Made by a program: the position numbers and the translations under genes. A stretch of 64,000 bases of DNA from Kondoa subrosea (lineage: Eukaryota): assembly GCA_039545335.1 (NCBI GenBank), contig BCIN01000002.1, forward strand, positions 1,970,484 to 2,034,483, in the 5' to 3' direction. The notes below the pieces were generated by a model that was given only the letters and a program-made list of their open reading frames with translations, was not told the origin of the DNA and did not search any database. Positions 15,213 through 27,697 of the stretch are shown here, one piece after another (the stretch's first letter is position 1; every line of letters starts with the position of its first letter).

Positions 15213-15992
15213 GGCTGGCTCAAGCAAATCTACACCTGAAGCTCGAGAATCTCCTCCTCAAAATCAGTCATGGAATGGAATCTCATTGTGGCTTGTTCCT
15301 AGTCAGCCGAGCGAGAATGAAGCTTTGAGCAAGATCATTGCTGACTTAGCGAGACGTAATATTCATCTCTCTTCCATGAACTCAATCGCTGAGTGTAATG
15401 ACGTAGCATACAATACACCTGTCTTTGAGCCGCATTTGACCCTGTTCGGCGGTCTGGATTTCTCTACCGATCCAGCTCACATTCTGGCAGCGGTTCAAGC
15501 TGCTATCGAAATATGGCAGAAAGATCGAGCAACATCTGAACCATTACGTTTGGCTTTCGCTGAAGTAGAAGATAAAGACAACTTCTTTTTCCAATCCCTC
15601 ATCATGCATTCCGTTCCCAACGAAGATCATCTATCACTTCGGGCTGCAGTTCAAGCTCAATTCATCACTCGAGGATTGCTAAATAAGCCTCCCTCAGCTC
15701 CTTATGTTCCGCACCTATCCATGCTGTACTCGAGTAAAGTTACTGGAGAACAGAAAGGAGAGTTGTTGGCTGCATTGAGAGAGCAGAAGCAACTATCTAA
15801 GAAAGGAGAATCGCAAACTCTAGGAGGACTGCGCGATTTCGAGGTGCGTTGCCCAATTCACTAGACCAATAACTTCTCACCTTGCTGCATACATAGGCGA
15901 TGTCTCTGGTGATAGTCAGGTCGAAGTATGGGCCGGATAGTTGGGAAACGCTCGGCAGGATCTCGCTGGATACAGGCAAAGACACAATATGA
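15213..15992 (+). CDS. CPD1: 2',3'-cyclic-nucleotide 3'-phosphodiesterase (2H phosphoesterase, CPDase); no in-frame ATG of its own
   Basis: GISLWLVP first strand, two HxT/S motifs (FEPHLTL, YVPHLSM), C-terminal GPDSWETL; introns 15357-15407 and about 15844-15896; stop 15990-15992. Confidence 0.85.
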
Positions 15993-15993
15993 T

Positions 15994-18076
15994 TTAACCT
16001 AGACCAAGGAAATCTTTCTCTGCTGCTATTTCCGTTTGCAACTCTTGCAGCGACATTTTCAGACTTGCCGCATCGACTAATTGTCGCTTTGCATTTGCTT
16101 GAGCCAGATAATCCATAACTAGTCTTTCTTGCCTGTAGGGAAACGAGTCGTTAGCTAACGCGATAGACTTCACCTGGAAAACACGTACTCGATCAAAACT
16201 GTCAATTTCGCTGCTCGTTCTTCAATCTCCTGTCTTTCGGCCATTTGTTCTTCCGTCGTTCTCCCACTCGGTTCTCTTCTGAGCTTGTTTTTCTCCTTAG
16301 AAAGACTTGCTAAATCGATCTGAACCACATCTGATCCTCCGGGTTTGACAGGTACTTCATCAAATCCGCCTAAACCTTTGAGCAAACCCATCTTTTCTTG
16401 CAAATATATCGAAGCTCGACTAGCAATAGCTTTTTGTAAACGATCTTGAGCTGAATTTGGAATTTTTGTGTCTGGCGGTAAATCTCGTATACGTTTAGAT
16501 AAAGTGTCAAAAGAAGCCAGAAGTGAAAGGAGTTTCTTTCTCGATGTTAACAGAGCATTGCGCTGAGTTGAAGTAAGAGTTGCTAGACTAGAAGAAGAAT
16601 TCAGGATTTGTTCTTGGAAAGCTGGTAGAGCGGCATCGATTTGATCTTGAAGTTGGAGCAACATGTCATGCAGTCGCAACCAAAGTGGTTGTTTAGCTGG
16701 TTTATGCACAGTCTGATGATGCCTGACAAGTTGTATTAGCGTTGTAACCCGGTTTCAAACCAAGAGATAGCTCTCACATCACTACATCCAAACATTCTTT
16801 GCAAACCCTGACTCCTTCTTTCTCTCGATCTAATTGCACGTCCTCTTCTGTTGACTCCTCTAATTCTACTAGCCAACCATCGTTCTCCTCCCATTGATAA
16901 GCGACAAAAGTACTACATCGTTCACTTCGTCCTAATGGTTCAGGTGAGTTATTTGGTGGAACAAAGCACACGATTCTTCCACATAATCGACAATGATGTT
17001 TCCTAATGGTTAAAGTAAAAAGTACGGTGCATAAAGGACAACGTAAGACTGATGAATCTTCTTGCCAAGCAACTATAGATTGTTCTTGTATTCGAATCAA
17101 TTCAGCTCTTCTGGCTGTTGTTGATTGGACAGTTCTTCTCATTGAAGACCATAAATCACCAGTCGATATAGATCTAGGTGAAGAAAGGTCTTTTAAACTA
17201 AAAGTACCAGAAGAAGATCGAGACATAGTAGTAGTACTACTAGATTCCGTTGGTGTCAAAGCAGGGTTAGGAAAATGTAGTTTGACCAGTTTCTCTAATC
17301 TTCTGTTGATTCGACCACTTTCAAGCTTCTTGATTTCACCCTTGGTGGCCCTGGTTTTGAAGAGTTCGTCCGTCCGAATTCGATATACTCCTGGAGGTTG
17401 GAAACCAGGTAGATAAGGTGTTCGACCAGGTAATGTGGCCGGAGAAGGAGGAGCAAGTGATACAGATTTGCCTTTACCTGCGATCATGGAAGAGAGAGTG
17501 GAATGAGTTGTGTGAAAGTAGTCGGTCGGTAAAGCTGTCGAGCCATTTGGAGAAACAGATGGTAGGAAGGCACGATGAGAAGAAGAGGAAGAAGGTGGTG
17601 GACTTCGTGGAAAGCGATCGAGAGAAGATTGAGCTGGATTGACTGATCTTCGAGTTGGTGTTGTGGTACCACTACTGCTTGGAGAAGAAGGATGCGTAGC
17701 AAGAGGAGAAGGGGTGATAATGACTGGCGTTTTGCGAGATAGAGGACTAGGTGTTGCTGTCGTTGTTGATCCAGAAGTAGGTTGTACAGGCGCCGAGTTG
17801 GATCTCACGAATTGATCAGGTAACGAAGGTCTATGTCGATGAGTTTGAGCAGATACTATAAGAGGAGGAGGAGATGTGGCAGCTAATTCTGTCAGGGTAG
17901 AGGTGCTGCCCTGCGAGCTTGATAATAGCGAATTGATGCTCGCTGCACTGTTTCGTTTCGAAGTATACTGAACACCGCTCCGTTTGATCAGAACCATCCT
18001 TAAGGCAGCTCCAGTGCTGACTCACAGGCTTATACTTGATATGCTGCGGAACCCCGACAACCGCATCATTGCTCAT
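15994..18076 (-). CDS. PEP7: FYVE-finger vacuolar segregation protein (Pep7/Vac1/rabenosyn-like), multi-exon
   Basis: EQSIVAWQED...CPLC..F..TIRKHHCRLCGRIVC FYVE domain; C-terminal Rab-binding helix EQERLV..YLAQANAKRQL.DA. Confidence 0.85.
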
Positions 18077-18434
18077 GATCTCAAACTGTCTCTTGCTCGA
18101 CCAATCGGCAGTCTGTTCTACACCTTGCTCAAGCGAGAACTGTGGTCTCCAAGTCGTCCGGGTTGTTGACTGGCTGCGAAAGCGAGAAGAAGTGGTCTTA
18201 GCGGTGGAAGCGATTCAAGAATAATATTCACAAGAGAATAGTAGCCCAAGGCTTCCGAGGACTAGAAGCAGAGAAGCTAGTCGAGGACTTCTCCAGCCCA
18301 CAGATAAGACGGGCGCGAACTTTGTCCAAGCAGTCGGACTACTTGCAAGGACAGCAAGACCAAAACCTCTGGCAGCAGCTGTGTTGTGTCGCGCGCACTC
18401 TCCCTCTTCTAGTATTTCTCATCACTCTCTTCTC

Positions 18435-19027
18435 ATGTGCAAGTCATCCTTATATTTCTTGGCTCTATTGCACGCAAGCTGAATTCAACTCAATTGATAC
18501 AGGCAAACATATTCTCAACGCAGCAGTCTCTATACGAAGCCCTTGCTGTAAGAAATGGTTCGACGTTCGTTTCTTCTCCCAATCTCACTTAACACTCTCC
18601 AAATCCTGATCTTACTTTTCAGTGCTCGGAATGTCATGCTGAAAAAGAAGATCATGAATTAGCCAAAACTTTAGAGATGGTTTTCATGTGCAAGAAATGT
18701 AGGAAAGCGTTTAGGAAAGATATGACTACTTTTGAAGACTCGGATGAGTATTGTCCGAATTGCGATAATCATTTCGTAGCTTTCCTTCTTTCTCAGTCTG
18801 CAATTTAGTGTCTAATCTGACTTGAATCAGGTACTGGAAGCGAAAACACCTAGTGCGATGTTGAGTGTAGAAGGGGAAGATGCGAGAGTGGACAGCAGGA
18901 TGCTGCGGGATGATCGAATACAGGAGAAGCAGAAACAAGTGAGTCAATCTCATCCCCAATGCCCATATATGCTAACACACACATACAGCTGCTTTATGAT
19001 GAACTTGTGTCTGAAAAACTAATCTAG
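18435..19027 (+). CDS. CHY zinc-finger protein, multi-exon
   Basis: MCKHILNAAVSIRSPCCKKWFDCSECHAEKEDHEL...CKKCRKAFRKD...DEYCPNCDNHFVLEAKTP; first intron is GC-AG (18439-18502). Confidence 0.9.
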
Positions 19028-19494
19028 CCAATCCTTGCTGAAGTAGTCCGAGACATTGCGCTCGAGACAGAGTCTGCGTCGAGAGTTGTTTCTCTGCGTC
19101 ATTCATATGCTCTGTGTCCGTCTTGCGAGTTGCACCCTGGAAGACTTCGATTCTCAGCTCCAAATTTGTCTTCTCATGGCTTTTATGTCATTTGTCAAGC
19201 GCATCTATCCCGATTCATTCTATTCTGTGGGCTGACTGTATTATTTTGTGTTCGTTTTCTTGCAAGCTAGGTTACCTAGAGAGGCTGTGAAGGGATGCAT
19301 CTAATTGTAAGTGATCTGGATCTGTGAAGTGAACTTCCTTCAGCAATTATGCCTTGGACGTGTATATGTGTGACATGAAACGGGATGATTGCATGACTGG
19401 CTGTCAAAGTATCATCCAAGCTCAGTTGCTCAGCTCATACTTTGCGTATGTATCAATTTATGCAGGATATAAAATTGCTAGTATACACTACTCC

Positions 19495-19530
19495 AGTCTA
19501 ATGCTATTAATTAGTCTAATGCTATTAATT
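19495..19530. repeat. Perfect 18-bp tandem duplication (AGTCTAATGCTATTAATT x2), intergenic
   Basis: Read directly from the sequence. Confidence 0.9.
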
Positions 19531-19635
19531 ACTTGTGCTGATCCTTCTCACCCTTGATAATAGCAAATTACGATAGACCTTTACTTTCCATATATCGTAT
19601 GTCAGAGTTCGGTCTGGCATACAGGAAAGTTAAAC

Positions 19636-20579
19636 CTAGTACGATTGTCCGAGGAAGCCGGAGCTCACAAATCGCATCTTGCTGAGCCATGATTTCGTGC
19701 TCTCCTGACTCTGTCTCGGCTCACTCGACGCCATCGTCACATCGCTCTTCAATGAATCACTCGCTGTCACTTCTTTCTCTTGCGGCTTCTTGACCTTTCT
19801 TGATCTCTTCTGTGGCGGATACAATCCAAAGTGAAAGCGTGTATGTAGCTTCGTATCTTCAAAGATTTCGCATTCCGTGGGCAATGTAGAAAGATAGTTT
19901 ATGAATCTAGACAGCGGTTTACTTCTTTTCGGGATAACAGCTGTAGCATTAGTTGTTGTTTCCGTTGCGTTGACTATTGATTGATTGTTTGAGAGATGTA
20001 GTGAGTAAAGTGAAGTTCTAGGTCGTGTAATTGCTTGTAGAGAAGGTGAACCGAGCCAGCATCTTGTACTCAGATCCGTCGAATAGATTGGTGCTAGATT
20101 AAAAGAACAGGAAGCGAAGAGGAAACCAATGGAGAGGATGGAGCAGTAGACGCTGATTCATAAGTAATCATAAACCTTGATGGAAGAACAAAGGAAGCAA
20201 ATGCTGCACGGACCAGGGCTTGTGCAGTAGCAAAACGGCAATCACAATCAAGAAAGTGAGAGCTGGAGGAGCTATAGGAAAAGGAAGCAGGAGAAGAGGA
20301 ACTATGGTCCAGGAAATGAGCAATTCGAGTTTGTAACAAGATTCCAGCCAAACGCACGAAAGTATCTATCAGAATTGCTTTGGTCAGAGCCTGTATGATT
20401 TGAATGGAGAGCACCTACTTCAGGCAGAACATCAGGCAACAATGGCCACCGCAGGATAACAAGCAACTTGGGCAGCAGGTCGTCTCAATACGGCCAAAGC
20501 AAGGGATTCTTTTGGGCTTAACAGGGGTGCAGCAGTCAGAATATATACCCATACTTATACCCAAAGGCTATCATACCAT
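19636..20579 (-). CDS. BC10/BLCAP-family membrane protein with a Cys-rich N-terminal extension (alternative start at 20432); 3' end uncertain
   Basis: Spliced MFCLKYFLPLLLLPFPIAPP...LLLHKPCVYCSILSIGFLFASC resembles the BC10 pattern MYCLQWLLPVLLIP...RKPCTICALVFL; includes an 8-nt exon at 20358-20365. Confidence 0.75.
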
Positions 20580-20624
20580 TATCGCTGAGCGTTGCGGTGC
20601 TGAATCTCGAGATTCTTAATACCA

Positions 20625-22040
20625 ATGAACAATGGCAAGACAGGGAAGGCGAGGAGCGCGAAAGTCGTTTTGATAGTGAGCTTATTGGGTGCTGCTTTGA
20701 ATGGGAATTTATGGGAAAGGACAGGGTGATAGCGCGACAGGCAAGACCTCCTTGCGAAACCGCTGGTTGTACGGTTCGACTAGCTTCACAGGACAGTACA
20801 AAGGTAAGCTATTCTGGCCCTATCCTCCTACTGATGGGCTTATGACTTATTTGCTTATGGTCAACCAGCAACTATTGGAGCTGACTTCTTCTCAAAGACT
20901 GTCGAGACCAACTCCGGTCCAGTCTCTATACAAGCATGGGATACTGCTGGACAAGAACGCTATAAATCGCTTGGTGCAGCTTTCTAGTATGTCATCATTA
21001 CAAATTCTTGTACTTTCCCTCACTATTAGATCACAGCAGAGGAAGCGACGCGGTGATATTCGTCTTTTCCGTTGTCGACAGACAATCACTGGAACATATT
21101 GCTTCGTGGTACGCTGAATACAAAGCGAAAGCTCCTGTGGAAGACGGAAGAGAAGGAGAAATTACTTGGGTCTGCGTTGCCAATAAAGTGGATCTTGCGC
21201 ATTCGAGACAGGAAGCCGGAGTAGACGATAATGTGGTTACTCAAGAGGAAGCGCAAAACTTATTGGACGAGCTTCTAAAACCTGCGGAAACTAGACAAGA
21301 GGTTGAGCCATCTCAAGAGGTTCAGAATGGGTCAGGTCTAAATACCAGCAAACCACCGAATTATACCACAGAAGAAGCTTTAGATCAGAATCAATACAAA
21401 TCTCAAAGTACCCTTTCCAAATCGCCAGAGGTGCAGCAAATCAAGAGAGGTCGAATCACTTCTATCCGTTCTATCGATATCAATCCTTCTACGCTCAGAC
21501 ATTCTTCTATGACAACGACTACAGGCCAATCCATTTACCATACACCGTCTTCTTCCATGTCTTACTCTTCTTCAGCAAATACAATGAAATTGCCTGGCGC
21601 ATTAAACGAATCAGTCATTGACGTGCAAGAAGTTTATGATCAACCAGAAGAACAAGATGATGATCTAGAAACCAGAGTTTCTTCACCTGTGCCACCTTTC
21701 GATGAAGTACAGGTACTAAAACCAGAACAAACAATTACGAGGAAACGTCCGTATAGTGGAATTAAGCTGTTCTTCACTAGCGCTCGATCAGGGGAGAATG
21801 TAGCTGTGAGTCTTCCTTCCCGAACGAGGTAAAAGACCGTTGTGACGAAACCGAATGCAGGAACCGTTTGAGTACATTGCGCAACATATTGCTGATCGAA
21901 TGCAAGAAAAGGAAAGGGCAACAGATCTGCAAGAAGCAGATGGCTTCAGTCTGGACAACGTGACCGGAGGTAGAGGTACATCTGCTGTCAAAGTTGGCGA
22001 AGCACCGATCCAGAAAGGTTGGCGAAGTAACTGTTGCTAG
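20625..22040 (+). CDS. Rab-family GTPase (Rab7-like) with a long insertion, multi-exon
   Basis: KVVLIGDSATGKTS, YKATIGADF, WDTAGQERYKSL.AAFYRGSD, ANKVDL, FFTSARSGENV; C-terminal CC prenylation motif. Confidence 0.9.
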
Positions 22041-22133
22041 AATTGTTCATATACTATTGTTTACATTGAGCCCCAAACTTCCAGATCTCTTCTTTGATGT
22101 ACGAGTGTTCATGTCTAAGCAAAACCCGTCAAA

Positions 22134-24391
22134 CTATTCAAACACCCAACCGTTCGTAGGCTGTGGCGATTCAGACAGCTCCATGCCGTCCAAATTCAAC
22201 CACGATTCTTGAGTAGTAGTCTGGGTCTGTGTCAAGTACAAGAGATTGTCATGATCGTCGTAAAATGGTTGAAGGTCGCCAAACAGAGGTTCCGGCATAC
22301 CAGAAGGTTGACCGCAAGTTGAAGCAGGTGTCGCTGAAGTAATTGCATTGTTGTTGGGCCAATCAGTGAGATTATATGTGGGATCCAGTCCAGCTGGCGA
22401 TAAGAAAGAAGCGTTGCTTGTCCACGAAGAATTCGTATCCGTGCTGTAAGAAGGAATCATTGCTGCAGCTTCACTAGGAAGGAGATCATCCATCCATTGA
22501 AATCGAAGCTGAGAAGTTGAATCGGCAGCAGCATCGCTGATTGCCATGCTTTGCATATTGAGCGGTAATTGACCAGAAAGCGATGAAGACAAAGAAGCTG
22601 GTTCTGGCCAGCCAGAAGTTGCATTGGGGATACGTGGAGGCGATTCAGGAAGATTTCCATCCGTAGAATCGGTCAAGCTTTGTAGCAATGCGAATAATTC
22701 ATCATTGCCTCGACTGGGCGAGCGATCGGTAGTGGAGGCATTGCTGAAGTTGCTTGCGCTACGACCGAGACGATTAGGTGGAGAAGAAGAATGGGCCAGC
22801 GAAGGATCGATTGCGAAGGATGCCGAGTAGGATTGGTACAAGTCTTGATTTGGACTGGAAAGATTAGCTGACTTAGGCAAAAAGGATTGGCCGCCGTGTA
22901 CTGGAGAAGACAAGTTACTTGCTGGATCGGGAAAGTAATCACCAGGGCTACAAGGTGAAGTGGCGTTCTGCTTGAAGAGCTTGTTGTTGTAGTCTTGCGG
23001 AAACGCAGGGAGAGAACTGATTGAGGTGGAATTGTACACATTATTCTGACTGTCGAAAGATAATTGAGTACTGAAGCAGGAAACATCGTCTGCTTCAGGA
23101 AGTGGGCTTGTGAGCGTTGCTGAAGCAGGAGTTGATTCGGCCAGACTACGCTTCGCTCGTGATTTTGATGGTGATTTTGGTCTGCCAGGCAGAGCTGGTT
23201 TTCCTGCTTTGCGTTGAGGTGAAAAGCGGTAGTCTGTACCTCACTTCTGAGTCTTTGCACAGTGTAGAGTATGCATCAACTCTTACCTGGATTTGCGCGA
23301 GCATGCTCAGCCTTCTTCTCCTGTGCTAAATTTTCGTACTTTGCCTTGACCTCCTTTGACTCGTGTCTCCAAAGCGATCCAATCATTTTCGAAATTTCCG
23401 CTTGCATTCTCCTGGTCACAGCAGGATCATCCTTCAAATCCCTAAGCTTCTGTGAACGGTATAAGATCCAAGCATTAGGTGGTCGCTAGATTGCTGAAGT
23501 CAGCTTTCTGCAAATCAATAGAAGAAAAGCATCACTCACAACTATGTGAATTGGATTTTCAGCATTCTCACTCATTGCCAATTGTGGTGTTCCTTTCGCA
23601 GGAGCTCTCTTCCGGATCCTTATAGGCTTTTTAGGTGTATAAGGAGCCACTCCAGGAAAAGTAGTTGATATTTCATCATTTGAAATCGGCAGCGGTGGAA
23701 CAGGTGGGATGGCTTCTTCTACCTCAGGAATCGGGGCAGGAGGCGACGTACTTCTAGGTTGACGTAAAGAAGATGCAGGCGCTGATTGACGCAAAAGTGG
23801 CATTGGTCTGATTGCTCTTGGAGCATGCATTACCAGCTGCTGAGTGAATTGAGACTGATTTGAAAGTGGTGCCGAGGGAGGTTGATGAAAGAAGGCGAGC
23901 GCGTCATCAAATTGAGCAGGAGAAAGAGGAGTGCTTGGTACAGACATGGAAGGAGAAAAGCAATCCTTGTTTGGAAACCCACTTCCTGGAGTTGGAGAAG
24001 GGGGATGTTCTGCATAATAATTGCCAAAGAAATCGCCCTGAGATGATTGCTGACTAGAAAAATCGAAACCGATTGCTAGACCTGGGTTTTGATCTGCAGC
24101 CTGCTCCAAGCGGGAAGTTTTCTGAGGGCTTGCTTCAGGGTGCACATCTTGAGACGGTTTACGTTTCGTAGATTGTTTCAGCTGATCTACTGGTTTTGCG
24201 ATTTGCGGAACTGTTGGCAAAGGACTTTTGGTTTGCGACCTGGTGGTCGGGCGACCATTCCCAAGTCCGGCATATCGAGACGCTGCACCCTTTGAGTTGC
24301 TACGAGGCCGAGTTCGATCTTCTCGTTCAGGTGAATCGCCGACCAGCGCTGGCGAGCAAGACATACCAGCCCGTCTGCGAGTATGTTGCAT
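22134..24391 (-). CDS. HMG-box (MATA_HMG-like) transcription factor, multi-exon
   Basis: Spliced HIVRPPNAWILYRSQKL...QAEISKMIGSLWRHESKEVKAKYENLAQEKKAEHARANPDYRFSP flanked by S/P/Q-rich low-complexity regions. Confidence 0.88.
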
Positions 24392-25203
24392 GACTGGAAC
24401 ATCTCAGTCAGAACGCTCAAGCCAGCGCAGAAAGTGATCGACTGACGTGTATAGACACGGTATATGACTGCTGCTGAACAAGCAAGCTATCAGCGGACAA
24501 AGTAGGCTCGAGCCAAGATGAGTTCGAGCGAGTCTATGGATGACCGTGCGGTGTCTGCTGGGCAAATAATACGGCTATACGTAAGAGCAAGAGCACATGA
24601 GCAGGAACTATTGTGAACAAAGCAAGAACTTGCTATATAAAGAAGGAAAGTATGTGCGACGTTCACAAGTGCAATGCTGATGCTTTGCAGCAGGTCAGTG
24701 TCGAAGTTTTGTAGCAAAGCTCAAAAACCGTCCAGAATCAAGGCAGTCATCAACGAAAACAAAAGGTCATATGCACGGCTCTCGTTTTGAAATTCTTTCT
24801 TCGATGGATTTCTTCTGAAATACTCTGATGATTGATCCCGCAAATAGATGTTGTGGTTCGCAAGTCAGAGAGGATCGGAAAAGCAGAGGAAAGAGCAGCA
24901 CAACAAGCAACGCAGATCATCATCATCAAACCGGCTGAGGTTTGTAGGTTCGAGCGAGAAGGGAGCGAGCGAGATCGCGCGGTAAGACAGAACTAAGTGG
25001 TCTTTTGTCCTCCGCCTGATGTATCAGGAGATACGGTATATGATAATTCAGGACGTATATGATACAGGAGAACATGCGAGGGAGGAATTATTATGTATTG
25101 CGCAAGTGATCCTGATCCTGGCAAAGTCGACAAAGTAATTTCCTGCCTTGTACGTGCGAAAGATGTTTCGTATCGCAGATAAATTGCCCTGATATTGCAT
25201 TCG

Positions 25204-26514
25204 TTAGCTTGTCTGTATCGACCATACTTGTATATCAGCATAATTCAACTCTTGCTTTTCTTCCACTATTAGTCCTTCTTTCCGAGCCATCGCAAACCAG
25301 GCATCATCTCCTTCCATCCTTGACTTATATCCTATCATTGCCCGAGCGGATTTGAAGTATCGCAATAAGCGTAGAAGAGTTTCCAAAAAGATTTGATGCG
25401 ACGAGACATTGTACAGCACCTTTTTTTATCGTCAGCTCTATTTTTGCATGAAGAAGAGGTTGACATACATCGCTGGCCACAATTAAACATTCCTGCTCAC
25501 TACTCCCGAACTGACTCAAATCTGTTTCTTGTGACCAATCAAGTACGGCAGTCTTCAGCTTGACTTTCCCACTAAGGGTTGTTTGTAGGAGTGGTAAGTT
25601 CTTGTTCGTTGCTGTATCAATAACAGTCTCCGTATCGGTCAACCAGACACTTCCGCTCTTCATCTTGGAAGCTAATATCGCTCCCACCTACAATGCGAAT
25701 TAGCAACTATGCTTCTTTTCAAAAGGTTGCAAGACTTACTAATCCACAACCACAACCTAGATCGAACACCACTCCATCAGTGGGACAAAAGGTCGAGGTG
25801 ATGGATAATTGGTAGCCCAAAACAAGAGCGCAATCCCAAATATGGTTGCCCAAAGATAATTCAGGTTTCTCCACCAGTTGAAGTAATTTGTCTTGAGTCT
25901 GAAAGGAGATGACCGTTTGTTGCACTGCATCATTGTTTTAGTTTTTAAGTTGATGAATTAAAAAGTGGGAAAGTCACCTTTATCAGAGGAATGACTTGCA
26001 TTCCTTCCTGTTTGTAATGTGAAGGCTACATTAGCGGAAAGGATCAAGTAATCCTCTTCTTCATGCGCGATAATGGGATGATGGGATTCTTGTAGGAAAT
26101 GACAGAATTGTTTCGTTTCTTCTGATATTGGCGACTCTTCTTCTGTGACGACCGTGAACCTCAATTGAAGATCTGATGATTTGCTTCTTGCTGCAGCGGA
26201 GGAAGAGATCTTGAGAGAGAAAGAATGGAAGTTCCCCCGATCGAAAGATAAATTCAGTAAAGAGGTTTTTGTCGCAGTATCGATTACTGAGTGAGAAAAA
26301 GATTCTTGCAGAGTAGAGGGATCAACGGCTTGTACACGGACTAGAGGACCAATGAGACGAGTAGAAGAAGAGTGAGGGAAAGAGCACCAGTTAGGCAAGA
26401 CAAATAGACGGGATCGCCTAAATCAGTCGTGAGAGATAGCGTGATTGGGAAAGGTGAATCTGCTGCTATAACAGAAGGGCAGCGCTTTACTAAACGCAAG
26501 CGAGCCAGGAGCAT
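25204..26514 (-). CDS. Methyltransf_16 (METTL21-like) protein-lysine methyltransferase, multi-exon
   Basis: LGNHIWDCALVL, VFDLGCGCGLV, VWLTD, LDWS, IVASDV-LYN, IGYKSR motifs. Confidence 0.8.
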
Positions 26515-26768
26515 GAATAACTAGCGAAAGTATGAGAAAAGCAGGAGAATGAAGGGCAAACTAAGATTGCAGACTTGTTTGAGAGAGGCTACCGCGACTG
26601 TTAAGCTGCAGGAGCTTGACTCATGACAGGTGGGTGGCAAACGGGACGAATTCAAGTGCAGAAAAATTCGTAGCCGCAAACCACGTCTTACCTTGGGTGA
26701 CTTGCTGAATACCTGAATACCTGCACAAACACTCTTTGAACACAAGCACCACTTCAGAACAGCACAAA

Positions 26769-27308
26769 ATGGTCAGTTGCGATCCAATTTTCATGGGGCA
26801 AAAGCGAGTCTACGCTACGCCTTCATTATCCATTTCTATGCGCATTGCAGAGTGCTGATCCATGGCTCTGTCATCTCACAGACTTTAGCCGTCGATCTCC
26901 TTAACCCAAGCCACGAAGCTGAACAGCAAAAGCACAAACTCAAGAGATTGGTACAATCGCCCAACTCGTTCGTTGCATTCTACCGTGTTCTCTGTCATAC
27001 ATGTGCTCATGAACCTTGCAGTTACTTCATGGATGTTAAATGCCCAGGTAATTAAGACTTTCGATTGCGAGATGTCAAATTGCGGGACTGACTTTCGGGT
27101 TGTGAAAAAGGCTGCTTCGCTATCACCACTGTCTTCTCTCACGCTCAAACTGTTGTCCTTTGCGGATCCTGCTCTACCGTTCTTTGCCAGCCAACAGGTG
27201 GTAAGGCTCGCCTAACGGAAGGATGTCAGTCGTTCCGTGCTCCTGCAATTAGTCTTGACTGATTGGACTCTCGTGACTATGACAGGCTCCTTCAGGAGAA
27301 AGCAGTAG
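26769..27308 (+). CDS. RPS27: 40S ribosomal protein eS27, 5 exons
   Basis: [11 protein letters not shown]...[66 protein letters not shown]. Confidence 0.97.
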
Positions 27309-27697
27309 AGAGTTGATGTGTTAGGGTTTCAACCGACAGATCAACAGATGTGGATATGGAAAGCATGAAACGGCGAGCAGTGTTTTGGAAAACTTTCAAA
27401 AGGAAACGATTATGCGGAAAGGTGGGAAAGATAACAACGGGACTACTATTCTGGCCAAGTGAGGACCAGACAAAAGGAAAGGATGAATGTTGGGCATTTT
27501 TCGTTGGATGGAAGGACAAGACATTTTTGGCTCGGTCGTTGAAAGGCTTGAAGTATTTGCGTTTGCTTGCTTTGTTACGCGCATTATTTTGCATCTGTAC
27601 TGCATCCGATTCTCAATAGCGTTCCACTTTGCCGTGACCTCTTAGCCTTGCCGATTTTCTACACTTGACTTGCATTGACCAAACCCATACTGTTACT

